Assembly (NCBI GenBank): GCA_016748015.1
Contig: JAAOMT010000226.1
Location: 478,604 to 542,603 of the forward strand
From: Geosiphon pyriformis uo1
Taxonomy: Eukaryota > Fungi > Glomeromycota
Direction: 5' to 3'
DNA: 64,000 bases
Part shown: positions 1-15,049 of the stretch, one piece after another
Layout of the letters: every line of letters begins with the position of its first letter
Position numbering within the stretch: position 1 is the stretch's first letter
Notes under the pieces: model-generated
What the model was told of the DNA's origin: nothing
What the model saw: only the letters and a program-made list of their open reading frames with translations
Database searches by the model: none
Made by a program: the position numbers and the translations under genes

Positions 1-2910
1 GTAAAGATAATAGTTGGAATAAGTTTTTTTTCTTTTTTTTTTCTTTTCCCTTTTTCTTCCAGATAGGTATAAATGATAGCATGTTGTGTTTTTATTCAGC
101 CCACAAAATTTGGTAGGTTTTTTTTTTTCTTTTCAAACTCAATTAATAACTGCTTGTTAATGGTGGTCTTAAAATAATCATAAGTGGTTAATATTCAAAT
201 GTTCTGACTATTTTGACTCAGTTGTAATTCTTGGGTGTTTTAGTTGAATACTACATTGGTTTTGAACAGCCAGTTATTATCAACAAGAGCTTGGTATTGG
301 ATAGCTTTTATTATCAATACTTTGATTAGTATTGTAATACTGTTGATTTTAAACAGAAAGTTATTAATCTCACCAATAGGCATTTTTGTCACTTTATTAC
401 CAGTAATAATTCTGGTGCTAGCAGTATAATCAACTTAGTAATCTAATTAGTCTATAAATTGTTATGTAATAATACTGTTTGCTAAATTATTATTAAGAAT
501 TAGCTTGATAGAATGACTATCAACTTTTATGTTAGTGATTATTATGGTAATTAATTTGGTGTTAAGAATAACTCTATTAAATAATGATGTTTTGTTGTGT
601 TCTTTGAGTTCAAAAGAAAATATAATAATAAGTAATTTATCTTCAATAATAATTGCTGGTAAAATGTTGTTGGTAAATAGTTGAGTTTAATTGGGTTTCT
701 GGTTGTTATGTTGGGCATTTTTTGGGGTAATCAGAAGACTTAAATAGTTTTAAAAATTCAGGTTTTGGGCATAGTTAGTTTTTGAATTTTGCTGTTGTAA
801 TCCAGATTGTTGGGCTGCTAAACTGGAAATCAGTGAATGCATTACTATTGCTGATTTCCAATTTTGGCAGATTTAAGTTATTCTTAATCTTTGGCTTCTA
901 TTAGAAAATAAGTTCTGGAGTTGGATTTGAATTTGTTAAGATTGATACATTATTTGGAACTGGAATGGTTGATAAATTACTGGTATTGAGATTTGATAAA
1001 TTGATAAATTAATAACTAATAAATTGGTTGCATTAGTAGTAAATAATACAGTTGATAATAGTATTGTTCAGGTATTTAATTATTAGTGTAGTTTGGGTTT
1101 TGAAATCTGCAATCAGAGTTTTAATATTGATTTATCAATCATTGATTATTCAATTTTAGGTGATAATTTATTCTTAAGTGCCTTTATTTACTACAATAGT
1201 GGCAATTATATATCTCTTATTGCCATTGTTGATTAGTCAATAATAATGGTATTGAATATGACTGATTCTGAAACTGATTTAAATTTCCTTGATTCTTATG
1301 ACATTGTAAAGATTAATAAATTGCCTGATTGTTAGTTAAGTATTTCTCAATTTTTTGATTAATGGCTTTGCCAAATTGTTTCAATTTGGTATTCAATTTA
1401 GATAATCTATTCATTACTAAATTAATGGCTTAGACATAGTTGGCTTTAAATTTGGCCAATTCAAAATCTTGGACATATGTGACTGCATCTTAGAATGTTT
1501 GTAAGTACAATAGGCATATGTATTATAGAAAGCTACTATACAGACTGTAAATAAATTGATTCAAAATTTGTGGTGCTGTGAAATAATTAGTGTTAATAGC
1601 TTAAATTTGGCACAAATTTTTATAAAAACATCTTAAGTAAGTAGTAACTGCTTTTATATCACTTTGTTTGATGATAGTAAATGTTATTATCAAGCAATTA
1701 ATACTATTATTATTGCTAAAATATCTCAAAAATTCAATTTTGAATTTATTGAAGTTTTGGGGTTTTTGAATCAAACTTTGATACTATAAGTTGGCAATAT
1801 TTTGAAAAAAATATGAGATAGCTTGAAAAACTCTAGCATTATCTCAATTATTAATAGTAATAACTTTAGTAATGTTATTTAACCAAACTTGGACATTGTC
1901 TTTCTCGCTATTGAATTTTTCTAATTTAGTGATTGGTACATATGTCATTAGTGCTATAATTGGTTGTTGTTGTAATTATAGTTGAAATGATTGTTGTAAT
2001 AGTGGTTAAAGTTGTGATTGCAATTATTGTTATTGTGTGGCAATTAAGCAACTGATAATAGATCAATTACAATTACTAGAGTTAAGTTTTGGAGAACAAT
2101 AGAAATAGAGTTTGGATTGTTTGAGTCTTGCTGGGCCTAAACAAATGGAGTTTGTATTTTTAGGTTTTTTAGGATTAGGTTTTGATAATTAAATTCTTGA
2201 TCTTTGTTTTTTTTTTCTTTGGAGTCAGTTCTTTCCTAAAAACTAGCAGCTACAAAATTGGGTTGGGATAGTGATGATTAAAATCTTGATGATATTGGAG
2301 ATTATGATTTAAATTTTTTAAAGAAATTACCATAAGTTTTTAATAAATCGGCTTTTTTTTGTTGGCTTTAAAATATTATTCTTGCTGATGGTGTTTTTGC
2401 TGATGATAATACAACTTTTGATGGTATATTGATAGTACTTTTAGGCATGTGGTAATAAAATAGGTGAATAGATAAAATGATTCTTGGTTTCTTCCAAGTA
2501 AGTGGTTGTATTTTTTTTGGTATTATTGCTGGTGTTTGCAATTTTCATTTGTCTGCAAAGTAATAAAAAAATTTTATTGAGTGTAATTCCCAATTTTTCT
2601 ATTTATTTCTGTGATTATTAATGTAAACAGATAGTTTGGGAAACATATGGTGCTTTAGAATAATTCATTGTTAAAGCTATTAAGAATGGCTTTTAGATCT
2701 TCTTAGACTTCTATATAAGATTTAATTTTTTTGTTGACATAAAAATTGAAAGCTAATTCTGCTGGCCAATTGTTACTTGTCAATCTAAGATGACTTTGAT
2801 AGTGCTAAAATAAGAATTTTGTAAATCTTAAATAATTTTCTCTTATACTTTTTTAGTTTGCCACTTTTCTGAATAGTTGTTACTAGTTCTGGTTCTCTGT
2901 TAGATTATAC

Positions 2911-2926
2911 CTTACAGAGAGCACCA
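2911..2926 (-). promoter_or_regulatory. Primer-binding site of D1
   Basis: TGGTGCTCTCTGTAAG, 2 nt inside the LTR; complementary to a tRNA ending ...GAGCACCA. Confidence 0.8.
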
Positions 2927-2928
2927 AA

Positions 2929-3844
2929 TGTTATAAATAATTATTTGAAATATTAGTACAAATAATAAATTCATAACTTAGTGCTTAATAGCTTGGTAAT
3001 ATTGGTAATATCTGAAAATTTTTATAATCTGAAGGTTTTGGTAAAGTTCTTTGTATAATATACAGAGATTTAATAATTGTTTTAATAGTCTTCTAAAATG
3101 GTTATTTCATCAAATTTTTTTTTCAGCATGGTGGCCAGTTTATTCTGACAGCTATGTTCTTCTGATAAGTTATTCTTAATTTTCAAATTCTATATTCTTA
3201 TTTCTGGGTTTTTTATCAGACTATTCTTAATGTTAAATTATTTTATGCTTAATTTTTTTAATTAATTTAGTAAATAACAAAGAAACAAAATAAAAAAATA
3301 AAAAAAATTAATATCTTATCAATAGCCATGATCAAGAACTATTGGTCCAGTGTGGTCAAGTGTTGGATTCTATCAACATGGAATATTAATAGAGTAAAGA
3401 TAATTAATATTTCTTAATTAATAATAATAATATAGATTTAGGTAATAATAGATATTTTATTGATATGTAATTGGATTTTGCTTCAAGTTGTAAAAAACTA
3501 TCTTTTAAAGAAAGGAGTATAAGATAATTAATTGTTTGTAAGTATTAATTCTAAAATAAATTTTTTTATTTATTCTGTTTCTAATACTCTTACTATATAT
3601 ACATATTTTTTGTTTTATATGATTTCATATTTTCTTAAACAATGTATCCTAATTTACTAATATTGCTTATATTGTTGAACAGTGTATCACAATTTACTGA
3701 TATTGCTCATATTGCTAAGCAGTATGTCATAATTTGCTAGCAATATGTTATAGTTTTTTGATATTGTGCTTATGTGTTAAGTACTATTCTCCTATTAATC
3801 TATTTTTCTATCTGTTTTTCTAGCTTTTTTTTATATGAGTAATA
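2929..3844 (-). repeat. 5' LTR of D1
   Basis: Plus-strand ends TGTTATAA...TATGAGTAATA (degenerate TG..CA). Homologous to the LTR starting at 63369 and, outside U3, to the B LTRs. TATA-like TATGTATATATAGTA on the minus strand at ~3591-3605. Confidence 0.85.
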
Positions 3845-5212
3845 ACATTAACAAAAAAATGAACATCTGAATAAGCCTTAGTCATACTTGATTTGAATAA
3901 CCCATTAGTTAAGAAAAAAATTCCCAGATATTTGTATACTTTGCCTTTTTTGGCAATTAAAATTAACAAACTACTGATTTTTAAAATACCAATCTTAATA
4001 TCTTAATTGATAGAAATAACTACTATTTTCTTATTGTTGATTAAAATATTATTGATCATAAAAAATTTACTGGTAATGTTCAAAGCATATTGTGTAAAAG
4101 TCTGACTATTTCAAATTTAAATAGTATTATCAACAAATACACCAGCTAAAAAAAAGAATAATATTCTACTACTATTCTTAATTCTGTCAGTTTTTGCCAT
4201 AAAATTAGAATTGATTTAGTATTTACACAAATGTTCATGCTATTTAACTTTACACAAAAATAGATTGTAAAAAATTCTTCAAGAAAGAAATAAGAAAACT
4301 TCACTCTAATTTAATTTATCATGCATTCTATAGTTATTTGAAAGACCAAAATCTGTTATTACTCTATTGACTCTATCTTTATATATGTTGTCAAAAAATC
4401 TGATGAATCTTTCATACATTTTGATTTGCCACAAATTAGTTCTTAAGTAATGCTAACTAACTGAATCATATGCTTTATACATATTCTGTAGAATCAATTA
4501 CTGATCCAATGATAAACACAGGAAACTGAGTAGATGTATTCTTTAAAACCAAAAAATTATCATTTCGAAAAACATCAAACTTGCTATATGCAGATAAAAT
4601 CTAATCAAATAAAACTTTAGAAAGAATTTTTCTTGCAGTTTTAATTAAAACAATAGGTTTAATGTTTATCAAAACTCCATTCAAATTATAAGATTTAGGA
4701 ATTATTGAGACTTATGCTTTTCTTTACAAAACAAAAACACCACCAAAAAACAAATATATATTCAACAATTTCAAAAAACACTTTACCACTTTATTGCCAT
4801 TATGTTTTCAAAGTTTATTAGAAATTTCAGATAAACCAGCAGCTTTGCCATCAAGCAGACTGTTAATTATTAAAAGCAATTCTCTTATATTAATCTCCTA
4901 TATCATATTAGTAAAAGCATCATTATCTACATAATTTAATAACACATATTGGTGAGCCCAAAGATTAGATATTACTAAAAACACAGTCTATTTTCTTGTT
5001 TAATTCTTCATAATTTTATTAACATTGAGCTTTACTTCTTCTAATTTAAAAACCAACTTACTATTCACTACCAAGTAATTTAGTACCACTTTGCAAAACA
5101 GTTAATCCAAAATATTTTTAATTATATTTTCTTTATTATAATTAAAACTTTCTATGCACTTCTTAATAGTCTTTCTGATAGATGTTTTCTTAGCCAATCT
5201 TAACTTATATAT
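3845..5212 (-). pseudogene. LINE (non-LTR) ORF2 reverse transcriptase remnant, 3' part of LINE-1 copy
   Basis: Minus-strand translation gives LIKTARKILSKVL (RT domain 2-like) and LAGVFVDNTI (FVDD catalytic loop, D>N by G>A), with many stops. Continues at 15050 beyond the A1 insertion. Confidence 0.75.
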
Positions 5213-6150
5213 TGTTACCAAAGGTTTTTGGTTTCTTTTCTTAAATGTTGTTAATGCCTATTGGTTGTGAATTCACATTTTTCTGGAAGTAGTTGGATCT
5301 CTGTTAACTGAATTTATTTTCAAATTATCTCTTATAATTTGAACTGCTAAATTTATAAGTAGAATGGCCAATTTCATACCAGTTGTTTTGTGTAATTACA
5401 TTGTAGTAAATGTCAACTCTTTCTCAGGAATTGTTTGTCTAAAAACTTACTAAAAATGTATAGTTATTTTGCTATAAAAGTCAACTCTTCTACAGGAATT
5501 TTGTCTGTAGGCTATTCTAATAATTATAATAAGGAAAATAAAAAAAAATAAAAAAAATATAAAAGAAATAAAATTGTGTTAAGAGAAACGTTTTCTATTC
5601 AAGTCTGAAATTACTAACAGATTACTGAAATTGATAGCTAATTAATTTCAAAATATTAGTTGTATTAAGAAAATTTCAAGCATAATAATTTAAAAGATTT
5701 GGTTTTCAAATATTTAATTTTTATTTAAGATGTGTAAAAGGTAATTTGTTTTAATTAAGATATTTAAAGTAAAATACTATAATAAGATATATTTTCTTGA
5801 AAAAAAAAGCTCTTTTTTTATACAATTTGTTATAGTACTAATCTTTGAACTTGCACTTTTTTTTTGCTCTAATTTTAACAAACTACAAATTATTTCTATA
5901 AACTATTGATTATTTCGGCCAATTTCTGCTAATTTTGGCAAATTTTTAAATATTAAATAGTTTAGAATATTGTGTAATTTAATCATCTTAATTTCTATGA
6001 TACAAATTGGATTATTAATTAAATGATAATATTTGATAATTTAATTAAATAATAAATAATAATTGAAATGATAATAATATATACTAATTAATAATAGAAA
6101 TTAAAAGAGTAATTTTATGCTAATTAATAGCTAAAATTCTATTGGTAACA
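5213..6150 (-). repeat. 3' LTR of A1
   Basis: TGTTACCA...TGGTAACA inverted termini; direct repeat of 14090-15049. Confidence 0.93.
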
Positions 6151-6837
6151 TAATTTTTTCCTTAAGACTGAGCTTTGTTAAAGTCCAAACACTATCTGTA
6201 ATATTAAGATAATGGTCCAAAATAATTAAAGTAATTTAGTCTGAAAATTGTTAAAATTTCAGTTCTGTAAGCTTTTCAATGTATTAAATCTTTATTAAGT
6301 GAAGTATTGGATTTTGTAGGATATTTTTACAAGTATTGAATAAATTATAAAGTCTAAATGCTATTCTAAGTTTGTAGTAAATGTTTGCTGGTTCAGCTGC
6401 TGTTTTAAATTTATTGTAAATTTGTTTTTGTATAGCTTTAGAAGTAAGATTTGTTGTTGTAAGTTCCAGTTTTTGTTTATAAAGTGTTTTTCCAATATAA
6501 AAATATCTATAAATAAGAGTATGTTTAGTGTTCTGTTCATTTAAAAATAATAGAAGTTTTTGTTAAGTTGTGGTGTTTGGTGAAATGTTAATAAGAGCAA
6601 ATAAGAGGTTTTCTTTTAAAACTTGTTTTAAAAGTTCTGGTAGTTGACTTTTAAAATAACTTCTTATGTTTTTTTTATAAAGGTAATAATTCTGTGAATT
6701 GTTTACTACTAGGGCTGTGGTCTCTTTCTGAATATAATTAATTTGACTTCTATTAATTATTATAGATAAGCAGAAAGTGTTTTTAAGGCTAACATTAATT
6801 TTTGGAATATTTGTTGAATATTTCGGAAAATAATTAT
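6131..6837 (-). pseudogene. A1 ORF3 (accessory ORF downstream of integrase)
   Basis: Colinear with A2 43134-43841; start ATG mutated to ATA. Confidence 0.75.
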
Positions 6838-7002
6838 GATAAAAATAACTAATTAAGAAATAAAATTTTAAAAAAGAATAAAAAAAATTATTTTTGGGTA
6901 TAGAGTTTTATTTGTTTTTGGGTTTAAGTATTTCTTGTAATTATTTACTATTTTTGTTTTATGTTTTGTGTATTTTAAAGAGATTATTATAAATATGTTA
7001 AA

Positions 7003-8388
7003 TTAAGTATTCAAGTTTGGTTGTTGTTTTATTATAACTATTGGTTCTAAATTTTGAGGAATATTTTCAGAATTAATTAAAGAAGAATATATACCAATTT
7101 GTGGAATTAATGATTCAGGATTGTTTCTGAAATGATAGTGTTTCAATTAATCTTTATAAGCAACTTTTGCTAATATTTTGTTATCAAGTCTTAATTTATA
7201 GAATCTATTGTTTAAGATTTTATGAATATAAAATGATCTATTTTATTTATGTTCAAATTTCTCATTCTATTGTTTTTCAGCCTTAGTTCTATATAAGAAA
7301 ACTTTATTTTCAACTTTAAATTTGTTGGTAACTGGTGGTAGTTTGTTGTCATGCTTTTTTTTGTTGAGCTTGAAAGTATTCAATATAAGTGGGTGCTATT
7401 TGTTTTTTTCCTTCTAATATACTAAAAAAAAATGTAGACTTTTCTTTAAAGTGTTTTTTGAAAGTTTCTTTCATTGATTGGTTGCACTAAATATGTTTTC
7501 ACTGTGAAATTAATTGGTAATGTTGCTGTTTTTCTATAAATAAAATCAAATAGTGTGTGTTTTGTAGTATTTTGTTTTAGTGTTTTGTATGCTAATAACA
7601 CTGATAAAATACATATATTCTATTACTGTTCAAAATCAGTTGAGACTTTGGCTAAAAGTTTACATAATGTTCTGTTAAAACATTCTACAAATCTATTTGT
7701 TTGAAGGTAATAAGATAATAATAAAGATCTTTTAATATTAAATTATTCACAAATTTTTTGTATCAAGTTGTTTACAAAATGTGTTCTTTGATCAGATAAA
7801 AGTTCAATTGAACATCCATATCTACAAATAATGTCTTTATAGATGAAATTTGCTACTGATTTTGCATTTGTTATTTGGATGACTTTAGCTTTAGACCATT
7901 TGGTAAGATAATCTACTGCAACTGCAATATAACAATTTTTTTGGGTTGTGATAAATAATGGTCTAACTAAATCAATTCCAACTCTGTTAAAAAGTTGTTC
8001 AACTTTGATTGGATTTAAAGATTCTGTAAGACAAGTTCCTTCTCTTCTTTGACAACTATTACAAAATTCTATATATTATTAAATGTTTTTTTGCATATGA
8101 GACCAAAAATAATGTTCAAGAGTTTTTTGAATTGTTTCATCTCTTTTCAAGTGTACTAAAGAAGAATCTGTATACATGTTATATAGGATTGTTTGTTTTT
8201 TTATTTTCTTGTATTAATCTGAATAATTGGTTTGTATTTCTGCAATTTTTATAATAAATTTTGTTGTAGTGTATGAAATATTGTTTTAATTAATGTTGTA
8301 ATTGATGTTTTTTACTTGAAAACCAATTTTTTGGCATAATAAGAGTCTTCAAATAGTTTTTAATGTTGTTGTAATTTTTGGAATCTAT
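7003..8388 (-). pseudogene. A1 integrase ORF
   Basis: Colinear with the A2 integrase (IGIDLV, AVDYLTKW). Start ATG>ATA at 8388, 57 nt after the RNase H stop. Confidence 0.8.
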
Positions 8389-8445
8389 TGTTGTTTGGTT
8401 ATTTTGTTGGTAGGTTGATAACTTGTAGTGAAATTGTTGTTGGTA

Positions 8446-11400
8446 TTAATTTAGTCTTATTTTTGAAAGACTATTAACATTGGTGTATAATTTTCTTGGT
8501 TTGTAATATACAATATATTTGTAGTCTGCTAGAAAATTATTCTATTAGAACTGTTTGGCACTTTGTTTAGTTTTTTTTTTATTGAGCCATTTGAGACTAA
8601 TATTGTTAGTTATGATATTGAATTCTTTTCTGTTCTTCAAGTATTGTTGAAAGTGTTTAAGAGCCCAAATAATTGCATAGTTTCTAATTCTGTTAAGCCA
8701 TATTTGAGTTCTGTTGATTTGAGTGTTTTACTGACATAAACAATAAATTGTCCCTGGCTATTTTTATCCAGTTGTAATAGGATGGCACCAAATGCTATAT
8801 GTGAAATATTAGTAATTAATTGGAACTATTTGTTGAAGTTTAAATAAGTAAAAACAAGAGCTGTTGTTAATTTTGTTTTGAGAGTTTCAAAAGCTTTCTG
8901 TTATTTTTCAGTCCATTGATATGGCACATTTTTGTTGATGAGATAATTAAGTAGTTTGGCAATTTTTGAGAATTCTTTTATGAATTTTTGATAATAGGAG
9001 ATTAATCTTATAAATTTTTGTAACTCTGTGGTATTTTTGGAAGTTTAAAAGTTTTTGACAGCACTGATTGTTTTAGGATTTGGTTTGACTCCATTTTTGC
9101 TAACAATATATCCAAAAAAAATTAAATTTGTTTTTCCAAAATAACATTTTTCAATATTCAACTTCAATCCTGCTTTTTATAATTGTTAAAAAACTTCTTA
9201 TAAGTAGATAAAATAAGCTTTAAAGCTTGGTGAGTACATATTAGTATTATTAAAATAGACAACTACTGATTGCCATAAGAGTTCTTTATATACAATATCT
9301 ATAAGTTGCTAGAATGTTGCTAATGTATTGCAAAGTCCAAAAAACATAATATTAAATTCATAGTTTCCTTCTTAAATAGTAAATGCTGTTTTGAGACAAT
9401 TTTTTGAATCTATTTCGACTTGTCAGTATCCACTTTCTAAGTTTAAAGTTAAGAAAAACTTGGCTTTTTCTAAAGCATTTAGCATATTATCAATTCTTAG
9501 AAAAAAATAGGCATCTCCAATTGTCATACTGTTCAGTTGGCAATAGTCAATGCAAAATCTGATTTTTCGATTTTTTTTAATTAGAACTACTGGTAAAACT
9601 CAAGGACTTTTTGATAGTTGAATCAATCTATTATTGAGCATTCTTTGAACTTCTTCTCTAATGAATTGGTGGTTGGCAGATGGCACTTGATATGTTTGTT
9701 AACATTTTGGTAGAGTATCTTCTGTGTGAATCTGATGTTAAACAATATTGGTTTTTCTTAGATCATTGTTGTTTTTGGCAAATATTTCAGCAAATTCAGC
9801 TATTAGCTGTTTTAATTGTCTTTGTTGTTAGGATTTTAAGAGGCCCATATTGATTCAATAAAGTTTTTTTTCTAGAACATAGTAGTTTTTAGTAATTAAA
9901 GTAATGTTTGAATTTAGAAATAAGATATGTCTTATAATTTTGATGAAATTAGAGACAATCTAAGAGTTTTTATCTTGAAAAATGTTGCTATATATGATTC
10001 TAATTTTTAATTTATTTAATAAAACAATAGAGTAGTTGTTAGGATTATTAAATATAACTTGAAATTTCTTTATTTTTTTTGGTATATAGACATTTAAAAT
10101 TAAGATTTCATGTTTTAAACAGATTTGTTTATTAGATTCAAAGATTTGTTAAATGGTAGTAGATTTTGAGCAAGTATAGATTTCGTGATATTTTTTAAAG
10201 AATAATATAGTAATTGGTTAAAGAAGTTAAAAAATCTGGTGGGATTTATTCTGTATATTAAGAGCTATATTTACTGGAACTGTGAATCATCCAGTTAAAC
10301 CAAAACTTTGTATTCTTCTTTTACTTTTGCCTAATTGTTCTCTGTTACTAATTGATTATAACTCTAAAATGTTGATTAAAGATAGATAAATTGCTTAAGC
10401 AAATTTTTCAGTATGTTCTATTCTGAATTGTTTTTCAGTTTTATTTTGTAGCATAATAGTGATGTTTTCAGTATTCTGTATCTATAACTGCTCCTCTAAC
10501 ATTGATTTTTTTGCTTGCCAATGATAATCTGGACACAATTTGAATTATTGCTTTTGGTGGTATTTTAAGAGCAATTTTAAAGTTAATTTTTTTAAAAATT
10601 TTGGTTAAAAGACCAAAGTATTTTTTCCTAAGTATCATAGATCATATCCAACATCTATATTATGAGCTTTTTTGGCTTAATTCCTTGACCATTGTTGTTG
10701 AAATATTTGAGTTGAAAGCTGATTGATTTTCAATAAGATAGATTAGAATTGTTGCAATTTCTTTTTTTGGTTTAAGTTCTTCAAACTCAATTTCCTTCTG
10801 GTCATCTTTGCTAGATAAGAGAATGCTAAAAACATAGCATTCTGAACACTATTTATTATTACAAAACATGATGTATTCTTTACATAATTGAATGTTTATT
10901 TGCTTTAATTATTGAATTTGAGCTTTTTGGGTTGAATAAATGTAACTTGTGATTTGGTAATATGTTTCTACTTTATTTTTATAGTTAAATTCAGCTAATT
11001 CTATTGTGTATTCAATGTATTCAGCTTTTTTTATTTGGCAAACATCTTTTTGTATGGCTTTATTGATTAAAGCCATTGTTAAATCAAAAATTATTTCAGC
11101 ATCATAAGAATAGTGGTAGAGTTTGTTGAGAGCACTGTTGTATGCTGCATTAAAAAATGTTCCTCTTCTGACTTTTTTCGAAATTAATAGGACATATTGG
11201 TAGGTTTGATCACATATTTTTCCTCTTATTGCAATGTCAATTCAGTTGTATTCTTTTGGTAACATATTTCTACATGTAAGATAAAAAATGTTGTCCTATT
11301 TTCTACTTTATTTGGAGTATCCAATTGTTCTTTATGGTATGCTTTACAGTAGTAACAAGTGCATGTTTTATATTTTTCTTCTGAAAATATGCATGCTTCT

Positions 11401-14044
11401 ATTAATAAAAGTTTTTTTTACAATTTTTATATTTAAGTGAAATGTAAAGTAGTTGTTTCTGTGGTTTTGGTGTAGAATATTAAACAACATTCTATCTTTT
11501 GGTTTCTTCAAAGATTTCTTGTTCTGTTTTTTTAGCCCAATTGGATGTTGATCCAAGAGCCATATATGTTTTAGTAATTGGTATTTTTTTTTTCTTTAAA
11601 TTTGAACATTGAGACTTTTTTAGATTATTTATTAAAAGTATCACAGATAGCAGGTACTCTGGTGTATTGTCTTTGGTATGAAATTTTTAGTTCTTGGATA
11701 TTTCAATCTAAATTTGCATTGGCCTTAAAAAACCAATTTTTTCTGATGAAAGCTTAATATTAAGGTATATTTATGACTAAAACTTTTATTGGAATGATAA
11801 TTCCATTAATAATAAATAGGAAGTTGTTAATTTTTTCTACTGAAATTTTTTTTATATCATTAGCTATAACAATTACAGTTTGAGCTGGTCTGTTAACAGT
11901 TTATTTAAGTTGTTGTATTAGTTAATAGATAATAATACTACCAATAGATCTACTATCTAGAATTAAATGGATTGGTTTTTCTTCTACTTTAGCTTTAGTA
12001 TACATAATTGTAATTGCTTTTTGTTTATTGACTGCTGTATTACTAAGCAAGAATAGTGATTTATTGGTTTCAAATTCGAATAGAAATATATCTAAAAGAT
12101 TGGGATTTTGGACAATTTGAGTTGGTAAAATAGTATTATTAAAAGAGTTTGATTTTGGTACTGTAACTTTATCTTTAAAAAGTGTAGTCTGTTGAAAATT
12201 TGATTCTTCAAACATTGTGAGATAACTGGATTAAGTGTAATAGTAATTGGGTTTTTGTTAACCAAAATTTCGAAAAACTAACTGGTTGTTTGAGTTAATT
12301 CTGTTGTTATTATTCTAAAATTGATTTTGAAAGGTAAATTGGTTGTGGTAAACCAATCTTCAAGCAGGTATTTGATATTATTGAGTAGATAGTAATTGAT
12401 ATTGCTGAACTAGTAAAGGCTGTTGATATTGTTGTTGTATTTGTTGTAAAGCAGATTGATAATAATTGTTTTAATTTTGTAGTTTTAGTAGATAATAAGT
12501 TTGTAATAAAAGTTGGTAATAGGATTATTGTAGTAAAAAATAATATTGATTACTTCTGTTTTGTTGGTCTCATTGTAATTTTCTGCAATCTTGTTTCTAA
12601 TGTTCTGGAATTCTACAATAATAACAGCTTTGTGGTTAATTGTTGAATAATGAAAGGTAATTGTTTTAATTTTGTTATTGGAATGGCTGATATTTTTGTG
12701 GTTGTTGCTGTTGTTGTTGGTTGGTAAAAAAATTTTCAACCTTTTTTGTAAGTTGGTCAATTTTCTCTTTAGCTGTTGAGCTGGTTTTTCTAATTGCCAG
12801 ATTTATAAGCTTTATATGGTTTGCTTTTTCTATAACCATTTTATAATTCTTTACATATCAGATGGCTGTAGTTAAATCTGCTGAAGCATAGAAATAAACT
12901 TTCCTAATTAGTTAGTTTTTTAATCCTGCTATAAACTAATCCAAAATCTGGGTATTAGAATAGTATTTATTGGTTTCTAATTGTTAAATTCATTAAAGAA
13001 GTTTATTGAACCTCCTAAAATAGGTCATAACAGTTTCAAATGTTTTTTGTTTGATGTTGTGAAAGCAATTTTAAAGAGTAATAGAGGTGTTGTTGTTAGT
13101 AAATTGTTGTAAGAAAACATATTTAAATGCTTGCCAGTTTTCATAGAATTCATCTAAGTTTTCAAATCATTCTTCTGCTATTCCTCAAAGAAAATAGAGA
13201 ATAGCTTTAAGCATTCTTGTAGCATTCTATCTGTTTATATCTTTTGCTTTCTGGACTTTGTCAAGTCGTTTTTGTAGACTGGTATTATTATTTTTACCAG
13301 TGAATTCAGAAATTTTTGCAATATAAGCAGTTGCCATTTTTTTCGTTTTTGGTGGTTTTTTCTCATTCTGATTCAGTTTTTTCACTTTCCAAGTTCTCTG
13401 AATAATTACTTTGGTTTTCTTATAAGTAATCAAAAAAATTGGTGCTGGTTAATATTGGTTATTGTTGTTAATTAGAACTTTTAGGTAACTGAAAATCTTT
13501 TAGTCTTGAAAAATGGATAAGTGGTGAATTTGGTGTTTGTAGTTAAGCAAGTAAAATTGGAAATAGTATAATAGAAAGTGGTAATTTGAAATTGGTTCTT
13601 TGTTTAGGTGTTTGTAAATGTTTGGCAATTGTTTTTAATGTGATATAAGTTATATGGCTAACTCAAAGTATCTTCTTTTGTTTTCTGTTGTTGCTATTTT
13701 CTGGTTCTAATTCAAAGTTAAGAGAATATTTGGACTGTACTGGATATTTTTTTTTACAATTAAATAATATTAAAGTTGAGTTTTTGAAAGTAGATATCAA
13801 GTATTTCACTGTTAAGGTCTTTAGTTTTCAGGTGTGAATAGTACAATAGATTGTTGTAAAGATTGCTTCTAACTTCTGAAATGTTGTAATTTTCAAAAAA
13901 ATAATTGTTGATGCAATTCTCAATATATTGGTATAGTAATTTTTTAAAAATTTCAATTCCGTCTTAGATGTTGAATTTTTGCTTGCAGTGAGTATAAATC
14001 AACTGATAATACTCTAAAGTTATTGTGTCTGGTGTAGTTGCCAC
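8446..14044 (-). pseudogene. A1 gag-protease-Cys-rich-dUTPase-RT-RNase H
   Basis: Fragments MATAYIAKISEFTG (Gag), LILDSRSIGSII (aspartic protease), dUTPase ~10293-10690; RT and RNase H colinear with A2. Confidence 0.85.
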
Positions 14045-14089
14045 TTTGAAGTTGTTATTGTTGTGTTATTTCTATAGAAGAGCACCAAA

Positions 14090-15049
14090 TATTACCAGAA
14101 GTTTTTGGTCTCTTTTTTTGAATGTTGTTAATGCCTATTGGTTGTGAATTCACGTTTTTCTGGAAGTAGTTAAACTTCTGATAAATGAATTTATTTTCAA
14201 ATTATCTCCTATAATTTGAACTGCTGGGCTTATAAGTAGAATAACCAATTCTATACCAGTTGCTTTGTGTAGTTATATTATAATAAATGTCAATTTTTTC
14301 TCAGGAATTGCTCATCTGGAAACTTACTAAAAATGTGTAATTACTTTGCTATAAAAGTCAACACTTTTATAAGAATTTCATCTATATGTTACCCTAATGA
14401 TTATAATAAGGAAGGTAAAAAAAAATAAAAGAAATATAAAAGAAATAGAATTGTGTCAAGAGAAACGTTTTCTATTCAGGTCTGGAGTCACTAACAGATT
14501 ACTGAAATTGGTAGCTAATCAATTTCAAAATGTTAGTTGTGTTAAGGGAATTTCAAGTGTAATAATTTAAAAAATTTGGTTTTTGAATATTTAATTTTTA
14601 TTTGAGATATGTAAAAGGTAATTTGTCTTAATTAAGATATCTAAAGTAAGATACTATGATAAGATACATTTTCTTGAAGAAAAAAGCTCTTTTTTTATAC
14701 AATTTGTTGTAGTACTAGTCTTTGAACTTGTACTTTTTTCTTTGCTTTAATTTTGGCAAACTAAAAATACATTTCGGCAAACTACAAGTTATTTCTACAA
14801 ACTATTGATTATTTCGGCCAATTTCTGTTAATTTCGACGAAATTTTGAATATTAAATGGTTCAGGATATTGTGTAATTTAATCATCTTAATTTTTATGAT
14901 ACAAATCAGATTATTAATTGAAAAATTATATTTGATAATTTAATTAAATAATAAGTGATAATTGAAATAATAATAATATATACTAATTAATAATAGGAAT
15001 TAAAAGGATAATTTTATGTTAATTAATAGCCAAAATTCTACTGGTAACA
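14090..15049 (-). repeat. 5' LTR of A1
   Basis: TATTACCAG...CTGGTAACA; adjacent PBS TGGTGCTCTTCTATAG on the minus strand. Confidence 0.93.

Larger units (their letters stand above)
1..3844 (-). mobile_element. Ty3/Gypsy LTR retrotransposon copy D1 (5' LTR, PBS, degenerate gag-protease; continues beyond the window start)
   Basis: The minus strand of 1-2864 aligns by eye with gag/protease of element B (49282-52200). PBS TGGTGCTCTCTGTAAG lies next to an LTR at 2929-3844. Inserted into LINE RT sequence; right flank is ACAT. Confidence 0.85.
5213..15049 (-). mobile_element. Full-length degenerate Ty3/Gypsy element A1 (9.8 kb), inserted in a LINE
   Basis: Paired LTRs 5213-6150 and 14090-15049, PBS ~14071-14087, PPT just right of 6150. 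4-bp TSD ATAT (5209-5212) / ACAT (15050-15053), one C>T. Colinear with A2 throughout. Confidence 0.93.
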